This document shows, piece after piece, positions 21,113 to 30,259 of a stretch of 64,000 bases of DNA (its first letter is position 1; the number at the start of each line of letters is the position of its first letter). The notes under the pieces are model-generated. The model was given only the letters and a program-made list of their open reading frames with translations. It was not told the origin of the DNA and searched no databases. This stretch comes from Longimicrobiales bacterium (lineage in GTDB: Bacteria > Gemmatimonadota > Gemmatimonadetes > Longimicrobiales > Gaopeijiaceae), in the NCBI GenBank assembly GCA_041690395.1, contig JAWLHJ010000004.1:1-64000 (forward strand), in the 5' to 3' direction. The position numbers and the translations under genes were made by a program.

Positions 21113-22500
21113 TCGATCTCGCGCGACCCGGCTTTCTCTGGGCGGGAGCGCTGCTCACGCTCGGGCCGCTCATCCTGCACCTGCTCCGGCCGGTCGAGCG
21201 ATCCAGGAAGGTGTTGCCCACGAGCCGCTTTCTGACGCCCGATCCGAAGCGCCGCGTCCGGCTGCACCGCATGCCGGACGAGCGCACCCTGCTGCTCCTG
21301 AGAATGCTGCTGTGCCTTCTGCTGGGCGCGGCGTTCGCGGGAGTCGGATGGGTGGGCGCCGAGCGCGGCGTCGCGACGCTCGTCGTGGTCGACGGCGGGG
21401 GTGCGATGCGCGACGACTGGGCGCGAGCGCGAGACGTACTCGTGGGACAGCTCGATGGACGGAGCGCTCACGTCGTGATCGTGCGTCCGACGTCCGGTGC
21501 CCTGCCCGACCTCGAGCGGCTGGAGGCCGACATCCCGTCGGAGCCCCGCTGGGCCGAGCTCTCGCCCGGGATCGACGACGGAAACGTCCGGCTGGCGCAC
21601 CTGCTACGCGCGGTTCGGACCGCCGCGGAGCGTACGGTCGGCTACGACTCGATCGCGGCGATGGTTCTCACCGATCCGTCCTGGCGAGCCTGGTCGGCCG
21701 GCAGCGCGACGCTCCGCGAGCGCCTCTGGCCGGGGCGGATCCGGTTGGTGGTGCCCGCGGGCCGGACGGCTCCCGAGGGGGGCGCCGCGGGGGGGGAGGG
21801 TGCTCGGGCGGCCCCGCTCACCGTCGCGCTCCGAGCTCCCCCGGCGCTACGCCGCCCGTTCGCCGAAGCGCTCTCGGTCCTGGGGGCGACCGTCGATACG
21901 ACGGTTGCGGCGCCGTCATCCGGCCCCGACACGTCGACCGGTCTGCCCGGCCGGGACACTCCGGGCGAGATCATCCTGTCGGTCGGTCCCGACGCCGACG
22001 GATGGGACGGGCTCTGGCTGGCCGGCGAAAGGGACGCCGGCGCTCCCCCACACGACGCCTTTCTCCTTCTGGACGGGCGGACATTCCCGGGTGCGGGCTC
22101 GGCTCCCGGCGGGACCCCTGCGCCCGGAACGACGGTATCTCTCCTGAGGGTCGGCGGCCGGCCGGCCGCCGCGGCCCGGCGTGCGGACGCCGGGTGTCGA
22201 GTGGTCCTTCCCCTCGACCCGGAAGCACCGATCACGGGCTCGGCGGACCTACCCCTCGTCCTGGAAGGGGTGCTGGAGGCCGGCTGCGGCGTTCTACCCG
22301 AGCCACCGGGCGCGGAAGCAGCGTTCCGCCGCCTGCTGGAAGAAGGGAGCTACCCGGCGACGGTCGCGACAGCGGAGATCCGGGACGCGGGGGCAGGACG
22401 ACCGCTCGGGCGGTGGATTCTCCTGCTCGCGCTCCTGATCGCCGTGGCGGAGACGTGGACGAGCCGCGGGATCGAGGCGAGACGGCATGGGCGGGACTGA
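21109..22500 (+). CDS. BatA N-terminal domain membrane protein with a degenerate VWA-like region
   Basis: PGFLW..LGPLILHLL..LPTSRFL..LLLLRMLLCLLL; C-terminal TM LLLALLIAVAETW; GTGA overlap. Confidence 0.8.
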   Translation: MIDLARPGFLWAGALLTLGPLILHLLRPVERSRKVLPTSRFLTPDPKRRVRLHRMPDERTLLLLRMLLCLLLGAAFAGVGWVGAERGVATLVVVDGGGAMRDDWARARDVLVGQLDGRSAHVVIVRPTSGALPDLERLEADIPSEPRWAELSPGIDDGNVRLAHLLRAVRTAAERTVGYDSIAAMVLTDPSWRAWSAGSATLRERLWPGRIRLVVPAGRTAPEGGAAGGEGARAAPLTVALRAPPALRRPFAEALSVLGATVDTTVAAPSSGPDTSTGLPGRDTPGEIILSVGPDADGWDGLWLAGERDAGAPPHDAFLLLDGRTFPGAGSAPGGTPAPGTTVSLLRVGGRPAAAARRADAGCRVVLPLDPEAPITGSADLPLVLEGVLEAGCGVLPEPPGAEAAFRRLLEEGSYPATVATAEIRDAGAGRPLGRWILLLALLIAVAETWTSRGIEARRHGRD

Positions 22501-22524
22501 CGTAACGGTACTGACGAGAGCGGC

Positions 22525-25500
22525 ATGAACGGATCGACGACCGAGCTGGGCGGCTTCCTGGCCACATCGCGCGCCCTGTGGCGTCGCCGCACGGTAGCGC
22601 GCGGCGCCCTCCGGGGCGTCCTGGCCGGCGCCTGTGCCGTGGTCGTCCTTCTCGGAGCCGCGGCGCTGGACCTCGTTCCGGCGGCCTCGCAGCCTTGGTT
22701 GAGGTGGGCGCCATTGCTGCTCGTTGCGGTCCTTCCCTTTCTCGGGCTCCTGAGGGCCCTCGTTCGAACTCCGAGCGAGCGTTCGTTCGCGCTCAGGGCC
22801 GAAGAAGCGGTCCCCGAGCTCGAACACCTGCCGACGACGCTCCTCGATCTGCCGCAGGATCACCCATACGCGCCCGACCTCGAGCGTCGTGCCGGGGACC
22901 GGCTCCGTGGCGTCGGGCCCGGCCGCCTATTCGATCCGATCTGGTCCCGCGGCAGGGCACTCGGCGGAGGCATGATCGCCCTGCTGGCGTTGGTCGCGCT
23001 GACGACCTCCGGCGGGCCGACGACGGTGTGGGCGTCATGGGGAGGGTCGGTGGATCTCGGGCAGGGCCCCGAGCCGACGGCCGCGTCCGCGCCAGACGCG
23101 CGGTCGGAGCCGCTCGCAAGCCTGAGGGTCCGGGTCGTTCCACCGGACTACACCGGACTGTCCGTGACGGAGACGCCACTCGACGGCGTCGTCACGGCGA
23201 TCGCGGGCAGCCGCGTCGAGCTGAGCGGAACCGGGGGCGGGCCGGGCCTGGACGTGGCCCTCGTGCGCGGCGAGGGAGAGCGGGCGTCGCTGCCGTTGCG
23301 GCGGGAGTCGGCGCGCTGGGCGTCCGGCTGGACGCTCGAGGCCGGCGACCGCGGGGTGGTGCTGACCGACGACGAGGGGCGCGAGCGGGTCGTTCCGCTC
23401 TCGGCCCTGGACGACCCGCCGCCGACGGTCGAGCTCGTCGAGCCGGACCGTGACTTCGTGCTCGCGACCGGCACCGGCGCCATCGACTTCCATGCGCGGG
23501 CGACTGACCCGCTCGGTCTCGCCGAGTTCCAGCTCACCTGGGTCCACACGCGCGGGAGCGGTGAGTCGTTCGACTTCCGCGAGGGAACGGCGTCGTGGAC
23601 GTCACGCGAGCAGACGGCCGATGGGGTGGAGGGGCGCCTGGTGCTGAACCTCGCGGACCTGGAGCTCGGGCCTGGCGACGTGCTCCATCTCAGGGCGGTC
23701 GCCACCGACCGCAACGACGTCACCGGTCCGGGGACCGGCGTCTCCGAGACCCGCCAGATCCGGATCATCCGCGAGGGCGAGGAGATGTCGGTCGACGCCC
23801 TCGTCGGCTTCCCGCTCGAGCTCGATCAGCGACCGGTCCTGTCCCAACGCATGATCCTCCTGATGACCGAGGAGCTGCTCGAACGGGCCCCCGAGCTGTC
23901 CGCGGCGGCGTTCCGCGCCGAGGCCGAAGCGATCGGCGACGAGCAGGCGCGACTCCGGATGCAGGTCGCCGATCAGATCTACTCGCGCGCGACCGGAGCC
24001 ATGGAATCGGTGGAGACCCATCTGGGACACGAGGGCCTCTCGCCGGTCGCCGAGGCCGACGCACATGCCCACGAGCCACCCGCTGCCCCCGAGCCCTCCG
24101 GATCGCGATACGGCGTCGCGAGCGTGTTCGACCCGGCCAGCGAGGAGCCTTCGGAGCGCGAGGCCGAGCCCTTGCCGCCCGACCCGACCGAGGACCCGGA
24201 CCCCGCCGGAACGCAGGTCGGCAGCTACGAGGTCGGCGGCGCCGGGGCACTGCCCACCGGCTTCGGCGAGCTCGACGACCTGGGCCACGACCACGACTCC
24301 GACCCGGTGCTCTCGGTCAACCGGCCCCTACTGGCGATCCACGACGCGATGTGGGCGTCGGAGGGCGAGCTCCGCGTGATCGACCCTGCCGCGTCGCTCC
24401 CGCATCAGCGACTCGCGCTCGAGCGTCTCCAAGCGCTGCGCGATAGCGAGCGGGTCTTCCCGCGCGGCCAGGTGACCGTGCCACCGGTGGACGTGGCGGC
24501 GGCCCGGGGCACCGGCGAGGTGGACGACGCCGATCCGGCCCACCGCTCGGCCTGGTCCGGAGAGCGCGAGGCCGCTCGCTGGCTCCGCCGGCTCGAAGAG
24601 GTGCTCGGCGACCTCGCGAACGGTGCGCCGACCCTTCAGGGCGCCCTCGAACGGCTGGCCGTCGAGCTCGTTGCCGATCCCGCGGTCGATCCGGCGGTCG
24701 TCGCCCCTGTAGCCCGCGCCACCGAGCGGCTTCGGGCGGGTGACGCGGACGGCGTGCGGACCGACCTGCTCGAGGCCCGGGCCCTGCTCGACCCGAGGGG
24801 CGAGCGCGTCGCGTCCGACCCGGTATCGTCCTGGCCGGGCTCGCCTTCCAGCGCCCTGGCGGTTCCGAACTCCCCGGGGCCCGACGGTCCGCCGTCGGAC
24901 GATCGGCCGGTGGCGGAGGCCTCCGCGAAGCCCTTCGTGTTCGCCACGCTCCGCTACGAGTCGGGCAACTGGGACTCGGCTCCGCTCGTCCCGCAGAATC
25001 TGATCCACACGCTGGCGCAGTACACGGAGCTGCCGGTCGCTCCGGAAGGGGTGGTGGTCGACCTGTCCTCGAGGGAGATCTTCCAGTACCCGGTGCTCTA
25101 CCTGACCGGACACCTGCCGGTGCGCTTCTCCAGCGAGGAGAGCCGCAACCTCCGGGAGTACGTCGAGCGTGGCGGCTTCGTCTTCATGGACGACCACAAC
25201 CACGACATCGACGGCGCCTTCCACCGGACCGCCACCGCGGAGCTCGAGCGCATCTTCGGCCGGGAGGCTCTGGAGGCGCTCCCCGCCGATCACGAGATCT
25301 ACCGGGCCTTCTTCCACTTCGAGGACGGGCCGCCGATCACCGCGCACGAGCTCTCCGGTTGGGGAGACGGCCTGATTCACCGCGAGCTCTTCGCGGTCGT
25401 GCGCGACGGCCGGATCGGTGTCCTGTACTCGAACAAGGACTACTCGTCGGAGTGGAGCTACCACGCCGTAAACAAACGTTTCCTGGCCGTGGACAATACC

Positions 25501-25542
25501 CGGTTCGGCGTCAACATCCTTCTCTACGCGCTGACCCGGTGA
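22525..25542 (+). CDS. Membrane-anchored DUF4175-like scaffold fused to a C-terminal DUF4159 domain
   Basis: N-terminal TMs; PPDYTGL, DPPPTVELVEP, LGPGDVL..ATDRN. From about 24931: LRYESGNWD, YPVLYLTGH, GGFVFMDD, RFGVNILLYAL. One uninterrupted 1005-aa ORF. Confidence 0.75.
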   Translation: MNGSTTELGGFLATSRALWRRRTVARGALRGVLAGACAVVVLLGAAALDLVPAASQPWLRWAPLLLVAVLPFLGLLRALVRTPSERSFALRAEEAVPELEHLPTTLLDLPQDHPYAPDLERRAGDRLRGVGPGRLFDPIWSRGRALGGGMIALLALVALTTSGGPTTVWASWGGSVDLGQGPEPTAASAPDARSEPLASLRVRVVPPDYTGLSVTETPLDGVVTAIAGSRVELSGTGGGPGLDVALVRGEGERASLPLRRESARWASGWTLEAGDRGVVLTDDEGRERVVPLSALDDPPPTVELVEPDRDFVLATGTGAIDFHARATDPLGLAEFQLTWVHTRGSGESFDFREGTASWTSREQTADGVEGRLVLNLADLELGPGDVLHLRAVATDRNDVTGPGTGVSETRQIRIIREGEEMSVDALVGFPLELDQRPVLSQRMILLMTEELLERAPELSAAAFRAEAEAIGDEQARLRMQVADQIYSRATGAMESVETHLGHEGLSPVAEADAHAHEPPAAPEPSGSRYGVASVFDPASEEPSEREAEPLPPDPTEDPDPAGTQVGSYEVGGAGALPTGFGELDDLGHDHDSDPVLSVNRPLLAIHDAMWASEGELRVIDPAASLPHQRLALERLQALRDSERVFPRGQVTVPPVDVAAARGTGEVDDADPAHRSAWSGEREAARWLRRLEEVLGDLANGAPTLQGALERLAVELVADPAVDPAVVAPVARATERLRAGDADGVRTDLLEARALLDPRGERVASDPVSSWPGSPSSALAVPNSPGPDGPPSDDRPVAEASAKPFVFATLRYESGNWDSAPLVPQNLIHTLAQYTELPVAPEGVVVDLSSREIFQYPVLYLTGHLPVRFSSEESRNLREYVERGGFVFMDDHNHDIDGAFHRTATAELERIFGREALEALPADHEIYRAFFHFEDGPPITAHELSGWGDGLIHRELFAVVRDGRIGVLYSNKDYSSEWSYHAVNKRFLAVDNTRFGVNILLYALTR

Positions 25543-27206
25543 GCGACGCCCCGACTCCGGCGAAGCGCGAAGGCCGCGACCTCGCGGGCCTGCTGCGCGG
25601 CATCACGCTCGGCGTGCTCCTGGCGCTGATCCTCGTTGGACTTCCGGGGAGCGGTACGGGCTCGGAAGGGGTTCTGGGCTCGCCTCCGGCCCGGGCGGTC
25701 TCCGCCGCGTCCCTCGAGGCGGAAGGCTGGGGCGACATCCTGGAGCACGCCGCGGAGGCACCCCTGACGGCCGTCGTCTCCGGACGTCCCCCGCCCGTCG
25801 TCGTCGAGCCTCCCCGGCGGGTGCGGGCGGAGCGGACATCGGCCCTGCGGGTCCGAGCGCTCGAGCGGGCGGAGATCACGCTCGGGCACCCCGACGGGAC
25901 CGCGGACACACTGCGACTCGAGGCCGGCGAGATGGGCGCGTTCCTGCTCCGGCCCTTCTCCCCGGGCTGGAGGTCCTGGCGCCTGGGCGTCGTGCCGGAC
26001 GGCCGGGAGCCCTCCGGGACGGAATGGGCCGCGCTCGTCCGTCCCGCCCGGCCGGTCCGGGTGCTGGCCATCTCGGGACCGCCGGGCCCGGAGCCCCGTG
26101 CGGCCATGAGGGCGCTCGAGGAATCCGGCGAGGCCGTGGAGGGCTGGACGCGCCTCGGGAGAGGGCTGTGGATCGGGCATGGCGGAGAGGATCTCCCCAC
26201 CGACCCCGTGGCATACGAGGGCTTCGACGTCGTGGTGCTCTTTCCCGGCGTCGCCGTGCCCCCTGCGTCGGCACGCGCGCTGCTCGCCGCGGTGACGGAT
26301 CAGGGCAAGGGACTCCTGCTGGCCGGCGCGACAGGCGATGCTCCCGAGCTCCAGACCGTCATCGCCGGCGTCACGGGGCGAGCCGCCTGGAGCGACGAGA
26401 TCGCCGTCGCCGCGGATAGGCTGACCTGGCGAATCCCTCCCGAGGTGACGCCCCTCCCGCCGCTGACGCTCGATACGCGCATGCTCGTCTCCGCGACCCG
26501 CCCGCCCGACGACCCCGTGTCGGCGCGGCCGGCCCTGGCCCTCGGCACCCTCGGACGGGGACGTGTGGGGGCGCTGGCCCTCCCCGACACGTGGATCTGG
26601 CGCATGACCGCCGGCGCAGAGGAAGGACACCGAACCTTTTGGCGCGACCAGGTCTCATGGCTGGCGGAGGGCTTCCAGGAGGACCCGATCCTGGAGCTTC
26701 TGGCGGCCGACGTGCGCCGCGGTGAGCGGGTACTCGTGCGTCGTATGGATGGTGGGCCGGATCCGGAGGCCCCGGGCGACGTTGCGTCGGGCCCACCGCC
26801 CGCGTTCAACGTCCGCGGCCCGAGCGAAGCGTGGACCGCCGAGGCCGCTCCCATCCGCTCGACCCCGACGGCGAGGATGTCGCTGGCGGCGTTCGCGGCC
26901 ACCGAGACGGGGGCCTATGTGCTCGGCGACGACGCCACGCCGGAGGCCGCCCTCGCGGCCGACCGCGAACCCGTGTTGGCCGTCGGAGTCAGATCAGAAA
27001 GCGCCCCGGGGCTCGATCCGGAGGGCCGTCTCGCGCGCATCGCGCTCGCTTCACCCGGCGGATCGGTGGTCGTCGACGCGGCCAGCGCCGCCGGCATCCC
27101 AGCAGGCACCGGCCCCGGGTGGCCGTGGCGGGCGTTCATCTTCTCGCTTCTCGCCGTCCTCCTGACCGCCGAATGGCTCCGGCGCCGCCTGACGGCCCGC
27201 CCGTGA
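25539..27206 (+). CDS. Membrane protein of MoxR/BatA clusters, probable non-catalytic GATase-like domain
   Basis: GTGA overlap; VRVLAISG, FDVVVL, GKGLLLAG, GRGRVG..DTWIWRM..HRTFW; C-terminal TM with AEWLRRR. Confidence 0.65.
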   Translation: MSDAPTPAKREGRDLAGLLRGITLGVLLALILVGLPGSGTGSEGVLGSPPARAVSAASLEAEGWGDILEHAAEAPLTAVVSGRPPPVVVEPPRRVRAERTSALRVRALERAEITLGHPDGTADTLRLEAGEMGAFLLRPFSPGWRSWRLGVVPDGREPSGTEWAALVRPARPVRVLAISGPPGPEPRAAMRALEESGEAVEGWTRLGRGLWIGHGGEDLPTDPVAYEGFDVVVLFPGVAVPPASARALLAAVTDQGKGLLLAGATGDAPELQTVIAGVTGRAAWSDEIAVAADRLTWRIPPEVTPLPPLTLDTRMLVSATRPPDDPVSARPALALGTLGRGRVGALALPDTWIWRMTAGAEEGHRTFWRDQVSWLAEGFQEDPILELLAADVRRGERVLVRRMDGGPDPEAPGDVASGPPPAFNVRGPSEAWTAEAAPIRSTPTARMSLAAFAATETGAYVLGDDATPEAALAADREPVLAVGVRSESAPGLDPEGRLARIALASPGGSVVVDAASAAGIPAGTGPGWPWRAFIFSLLAVLLTAEWLRRRLTARP

Positions 27207-27275
27207 ACGACTTGTCGCACCCTCATCCGACCCGCACATTGCGGCTCGCTCGACCACCCGTTCCGTGGAGTCGTA

Positions 27276-28898
27276 ATGAAACGACGTGATTTCATCCGTC
27301 ACTCGGCCGTAGCGGCCGCGGGCCTGACGGTCTTCCCCCGCCCCGAGCTGCTGCACGGTGTGCTCTCGCCGGTCGCGCACGGGCCGGTCGTACAGGACGC
27401 CGCCAGGCGCGAGCTCGCGTCCCGCGCGTTGGAAGCGGCCCGCTCGGCGGGCGCCGACTGGGCGGACATCCGTATCAACACCAACCGCAACCAGGGGATC
27501 TCCACGCGGGAGCGGCGGATCACCGGGGTCTCCGACAACGTCACCTCCGGCTTCGGCGTCCGCGTGCTGGTCGACGGCACCTGGGGCTTCGCGGCGAGCG
27601 GGAACGTCACGAACGACGAGGTCGTGCGGGTGGCCCGGCAAGCCGTGACGCAGGCCCGGGCGAACCGTGCGGCGCAGCGCGAGCCCGTCCGGCTCGCTCC
27701 CGCCGACGTCGAGCCGAACGGCGTGTGGAGGAGCCCCATCCGCACGGATCCGTTCGAGATCCCGATCGAGGACAAGGTCGAGTACCTCTTCGCGGCGAAC
27801 GAGGCCGCCCTTACCGTCTCGGGCTCCCGCTTCGTGAACTCGTCGATGTTCTTCCTCCGAGAGGACAAGTTCTACGGGAACTCCGAGGGGACCTTCACGG
27901 ACCAGACCATCTACCGGGCCTACCCACGGATGACGGTCACCGCCGTCTCGTCTGACGGAGCGGACTTCCAGTCGCGCGCATCGACGGACATCGCGCCCCG
28001 GGCGCTGGGCTGGGAGCACGTCACGGACTCCGACATGCTCGGGCTCGCCCCGATGTTCGCCGAGGAGGCGGTCGAGAAGCTGTCCGCCCGCTCCGTCGAT
28101 CCCGGGGAGTACGACCTCGTGCTTCTCCCCACCCACCTCTGGCTCACGCTCCACGAGGCCATCGCGCATCCGACCGAGCTCGACCGGATCATGGGCTTCG
28201 AGGCCAACTACGCGGGCACCTCGTTCATCTACCCGCTCGAGGACTACCTCGGGACGTTCCGCTACGGCCCCGAGTTCATGAACGTCGTTGGCGAGCGCTC
28301 CTCGCCGGGCGCGCTCTCCACCGTCGGTTGGGACGACGAAGGGGTCGCTCCGCGGGACTACCACATCATCCGCGACGGCGTGCTGAACGACCTGCAGACG
28401 ACCCGCGAGCAGGCGCTCTGGCTGGAGGACTGGTACCGCAGCCAGGGCCGGGAAGCGCGCTCCCACGGGAACTCCTACGCGCAGTCGTGGGCGGACGTGC
28501 AGTTCCAGCGCATGCCGAACATCAACCTCGAGCCCTACCCCGACCGGGACGTCTCGCTCGAGGAGCTCATCGGCGACATCGACCGCGGCATCATCATCGA
28601 TGGGGACGGCTCGTTCTCCATCGATCAGCAGCGCTACAACGCGCAGTTCGGCGGACAGACCTTCCGCGAGATCCGGAACGGACGTGTGGAGGGCATGCTC
28701 AAGGACGTGGCGTATCAGATCCAGACGCCGCAGTTCTGGAACGCCATGGACCTCTGCGGCGGTCCCAGCACGTACTTCATGGGCGGCGCCTTCGGCGACG
28801 GCAAGGGTCAGCCAGCGCAGTCCAACGCCATCTCGCACGGGTGCCCCGCGACCCGTCATCGCAACATCACCGTCATCAACACAGCCAGGAGCGTCTGA
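27276..28898 (+). CDS. tldD: TldD-family metalloprotease with Tat signal (copy 1)
   Basis: MKRRDFIRH signal; GFGVRVLVDGTWGFAAS; HEAIAH zinc motif; GWDDEGV; RMPN; C-terminal GKGQP..HGCP. Confidence 0.9.
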   Translation: MKRRDFIRHSAVAAAGLTVFPRPELLHGVLSPVAHGPVVQDAARRELASRALEAARSAGADWADIRINTNRNQGISTRERRITGVSDNVTSGFGVRVLVDGTWGFAASGNVTNDEVVRVARQAVTQARANRAAQREPVRLAPADVEPNGVWRSPIRTDPFEIPIEDKVEYLFAANEAALTVSGSRFVNSSMFFLREDKFYGNSEGTFTDQTIYRAYPRMTVTAVSSDGADFQSRASTDIAPRALGWEHVTDSDMLGLAPMFAEEAVEKLSARSVDPGEYDLVLLPTHLWLTLHEAIAHPTELDRIMGFEANYAGTSFIYPLEDYLGTFRYGPEFMNVVGERSSPGALSTVGWDDEGVAPRDYHIIRDGVLNDLQTTREQALWLEDWYRSQGREARSHGNSYAQSWADVQFQRMPNINLEPYPDRDVSLEELIGDIDRGIIIDGDGSFSIDQQRYNAQFGGQTFREIRNGRVEGMLKDVAYQIQTPQFWNAMDLCGGPSTYFMGGAFGDGKGQPAQSNAISHGCPATRHRNITVINTARSV

Positions 28899-28901
28899 GT
28901 C

Positions 28902-30245
28902 ATGGCCTTTCTTTCCGAAAGCGAAGCCCGGGAGCTGACACGACGCGTGCTGGCGCTGTCGCAGGCGGACCATTGCCGGGTCAACATCAGCAGCGACATG
29001 GAGGGCAACACCCGCTTCGCCCAGAACCAGATGAGCACCTCGGGCGACATCCAGAACACGACGCTAACCGTGAACAGCGCGTTCGGGCTGCAGGTGGCGT
29101 CGTCCACGACGAATCGCTTCGACGATGCGTCGCTCGAACAGGTCGTCCGCACGTCGGAGGCGCTCGCGCGCCTCGCGCCGGAGGACCGCGAGTACATGGG
29201 CGAGCTCGGGGCCCAGGCGTACCCGGACTCCCGGTCGTACTACGAGTCCACGGCGAACCTCGAGCCGGACGTGCGGGCCCGCGCCATCGCCGAGGTGACC
29301 GAGCAGTCGGTCGCCGAGGACCTCATCTCCACGGGCTTCCTGACGCACCGGTCGGGCGCCAGCTGCGTGGCGACCTCCGCGGGGCTGTTCGCGTACACCA
29401 CCGACAGCCGGGCCAACTTCACGACGACCATCCGCACCCCGGACGGGACGGGGTCCGGCTGGGCGGGGACCAGCGTCAATGACTGGAACGACCTCAGGAC
29501 CGGCGAGCTCGGGAGTATCGCGGTGCAGAAGGCGATCCAGAGCCGGGAGCCCCGCGACGTCGAGCCCGGCCGCTGGACGGTGGTCATGGAGCCGACGGCG
29601 GTCGGGAACATGGTCAACCTGATGATGAACTCGCTCTCGGCACGCGCCGCGGACGAGGGGCGCTCGTTCTTCTCGTCGCCGGGTGGCGGGAACAAGATCG
29701 GAGAGCAGTTCGTGGATTCGAGGGTCACCATCCACTCCGACCCCGAAGACCGGCGCATCCACTCCACTCCCTTCAACAACGAGGGCCTGCCCAACCGCCG
29801 GACCGTCTGGGTCCAGGACGGCGTTCTCCAGGAGCTCAACTACGACCGCTACTGGGCCGAGCAGAACGGCCGGGAGCCCACGGGCTTCCCGTCCGGCTGG
29901 TACATGGCCGGTGGGTCGGACACGCTCGAGGAGATGATCGCGTCGACGGAGCGGGGACTGCTCCTCACGCGCTTCTGGTACATCCGGGGCGTGGACCCGC
30001 GGACGATCCTGTTCACGGGGCTCACCCGCGACGGGACGTTCCTCATCGAGAACGGGCGGATCTCGCACCCCGTGAAGAATCTGCGCTGGAACGAGACCCC
30101 CATCTTCATGCTCAACAACATCGAGATGATGGGCGCGCCCGTGCGGATCTCGTCCGGTGAGTCCGCCGGCCTCACGCCGACCGTGATCGTGCCGCCGTTG
30201 AAGGTGCGCGACTTCGCCTTCACGTCGACCTCGGACGCCATCTAG
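28902..30245 (+). CDS. TldE/PmbA-family partner subunit, no signal peptide
   Basis: NTRFAQN, EPGRWTVVMEP, FNNEGLP, TGLTRDGTFLIENG; no HExxxH motif. Confidence 0.85.
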   Translation: MAFLSESEARELTRRVLALSQADHCRVNISSDMEGNTRFAQNQMSTSGDIQNTTLTVNSAFGLQVASSTTNRFDDASLEQVVRTSEALARLAPEDREYMGELGAQAYPDSRSYYESTANLEPDVRARAIAEVTEQSVAEDLISTGFLTHRSGASCVATSAGLFAYTTDSRANFTTTIRTPDGTGSGWAGTSVNDWNDLRTGELGSIAVQKAIQSREPRDVEPGRWTVVMEPTAVGNMVNLMMNSLSARAADEGRSFFSSPGGGNKIGEQFVDSRVTIHSDPEDRRIHSTPFNNEGLPNRRTVWVQDGVLQELNYDRYWAEQNGREPTGFPSGWYMAGGSDTLEEMIASTERGLLLTRFWYIRGVDPRTILFTGLTRDGTFLIENGRISHPVKNLRWNETPIFMLNNIEMMGAPVRISSGESAGLTPTVIVPPLKVRDFAFTSTSDAI

Positions 30246-30259
30246 AAGGGGCAGCAGCC

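Noticed and set aside
28896..28904. tldD1 TGA is in frame with the tldE ATG (TGA-GTC-ATG), so readthrough could give a fusion, and selA is present
   Set aside because: tldE has its own AGGAG RBS, tldD2 ends at the same residue, and no SECIS-like hairpin is evident.
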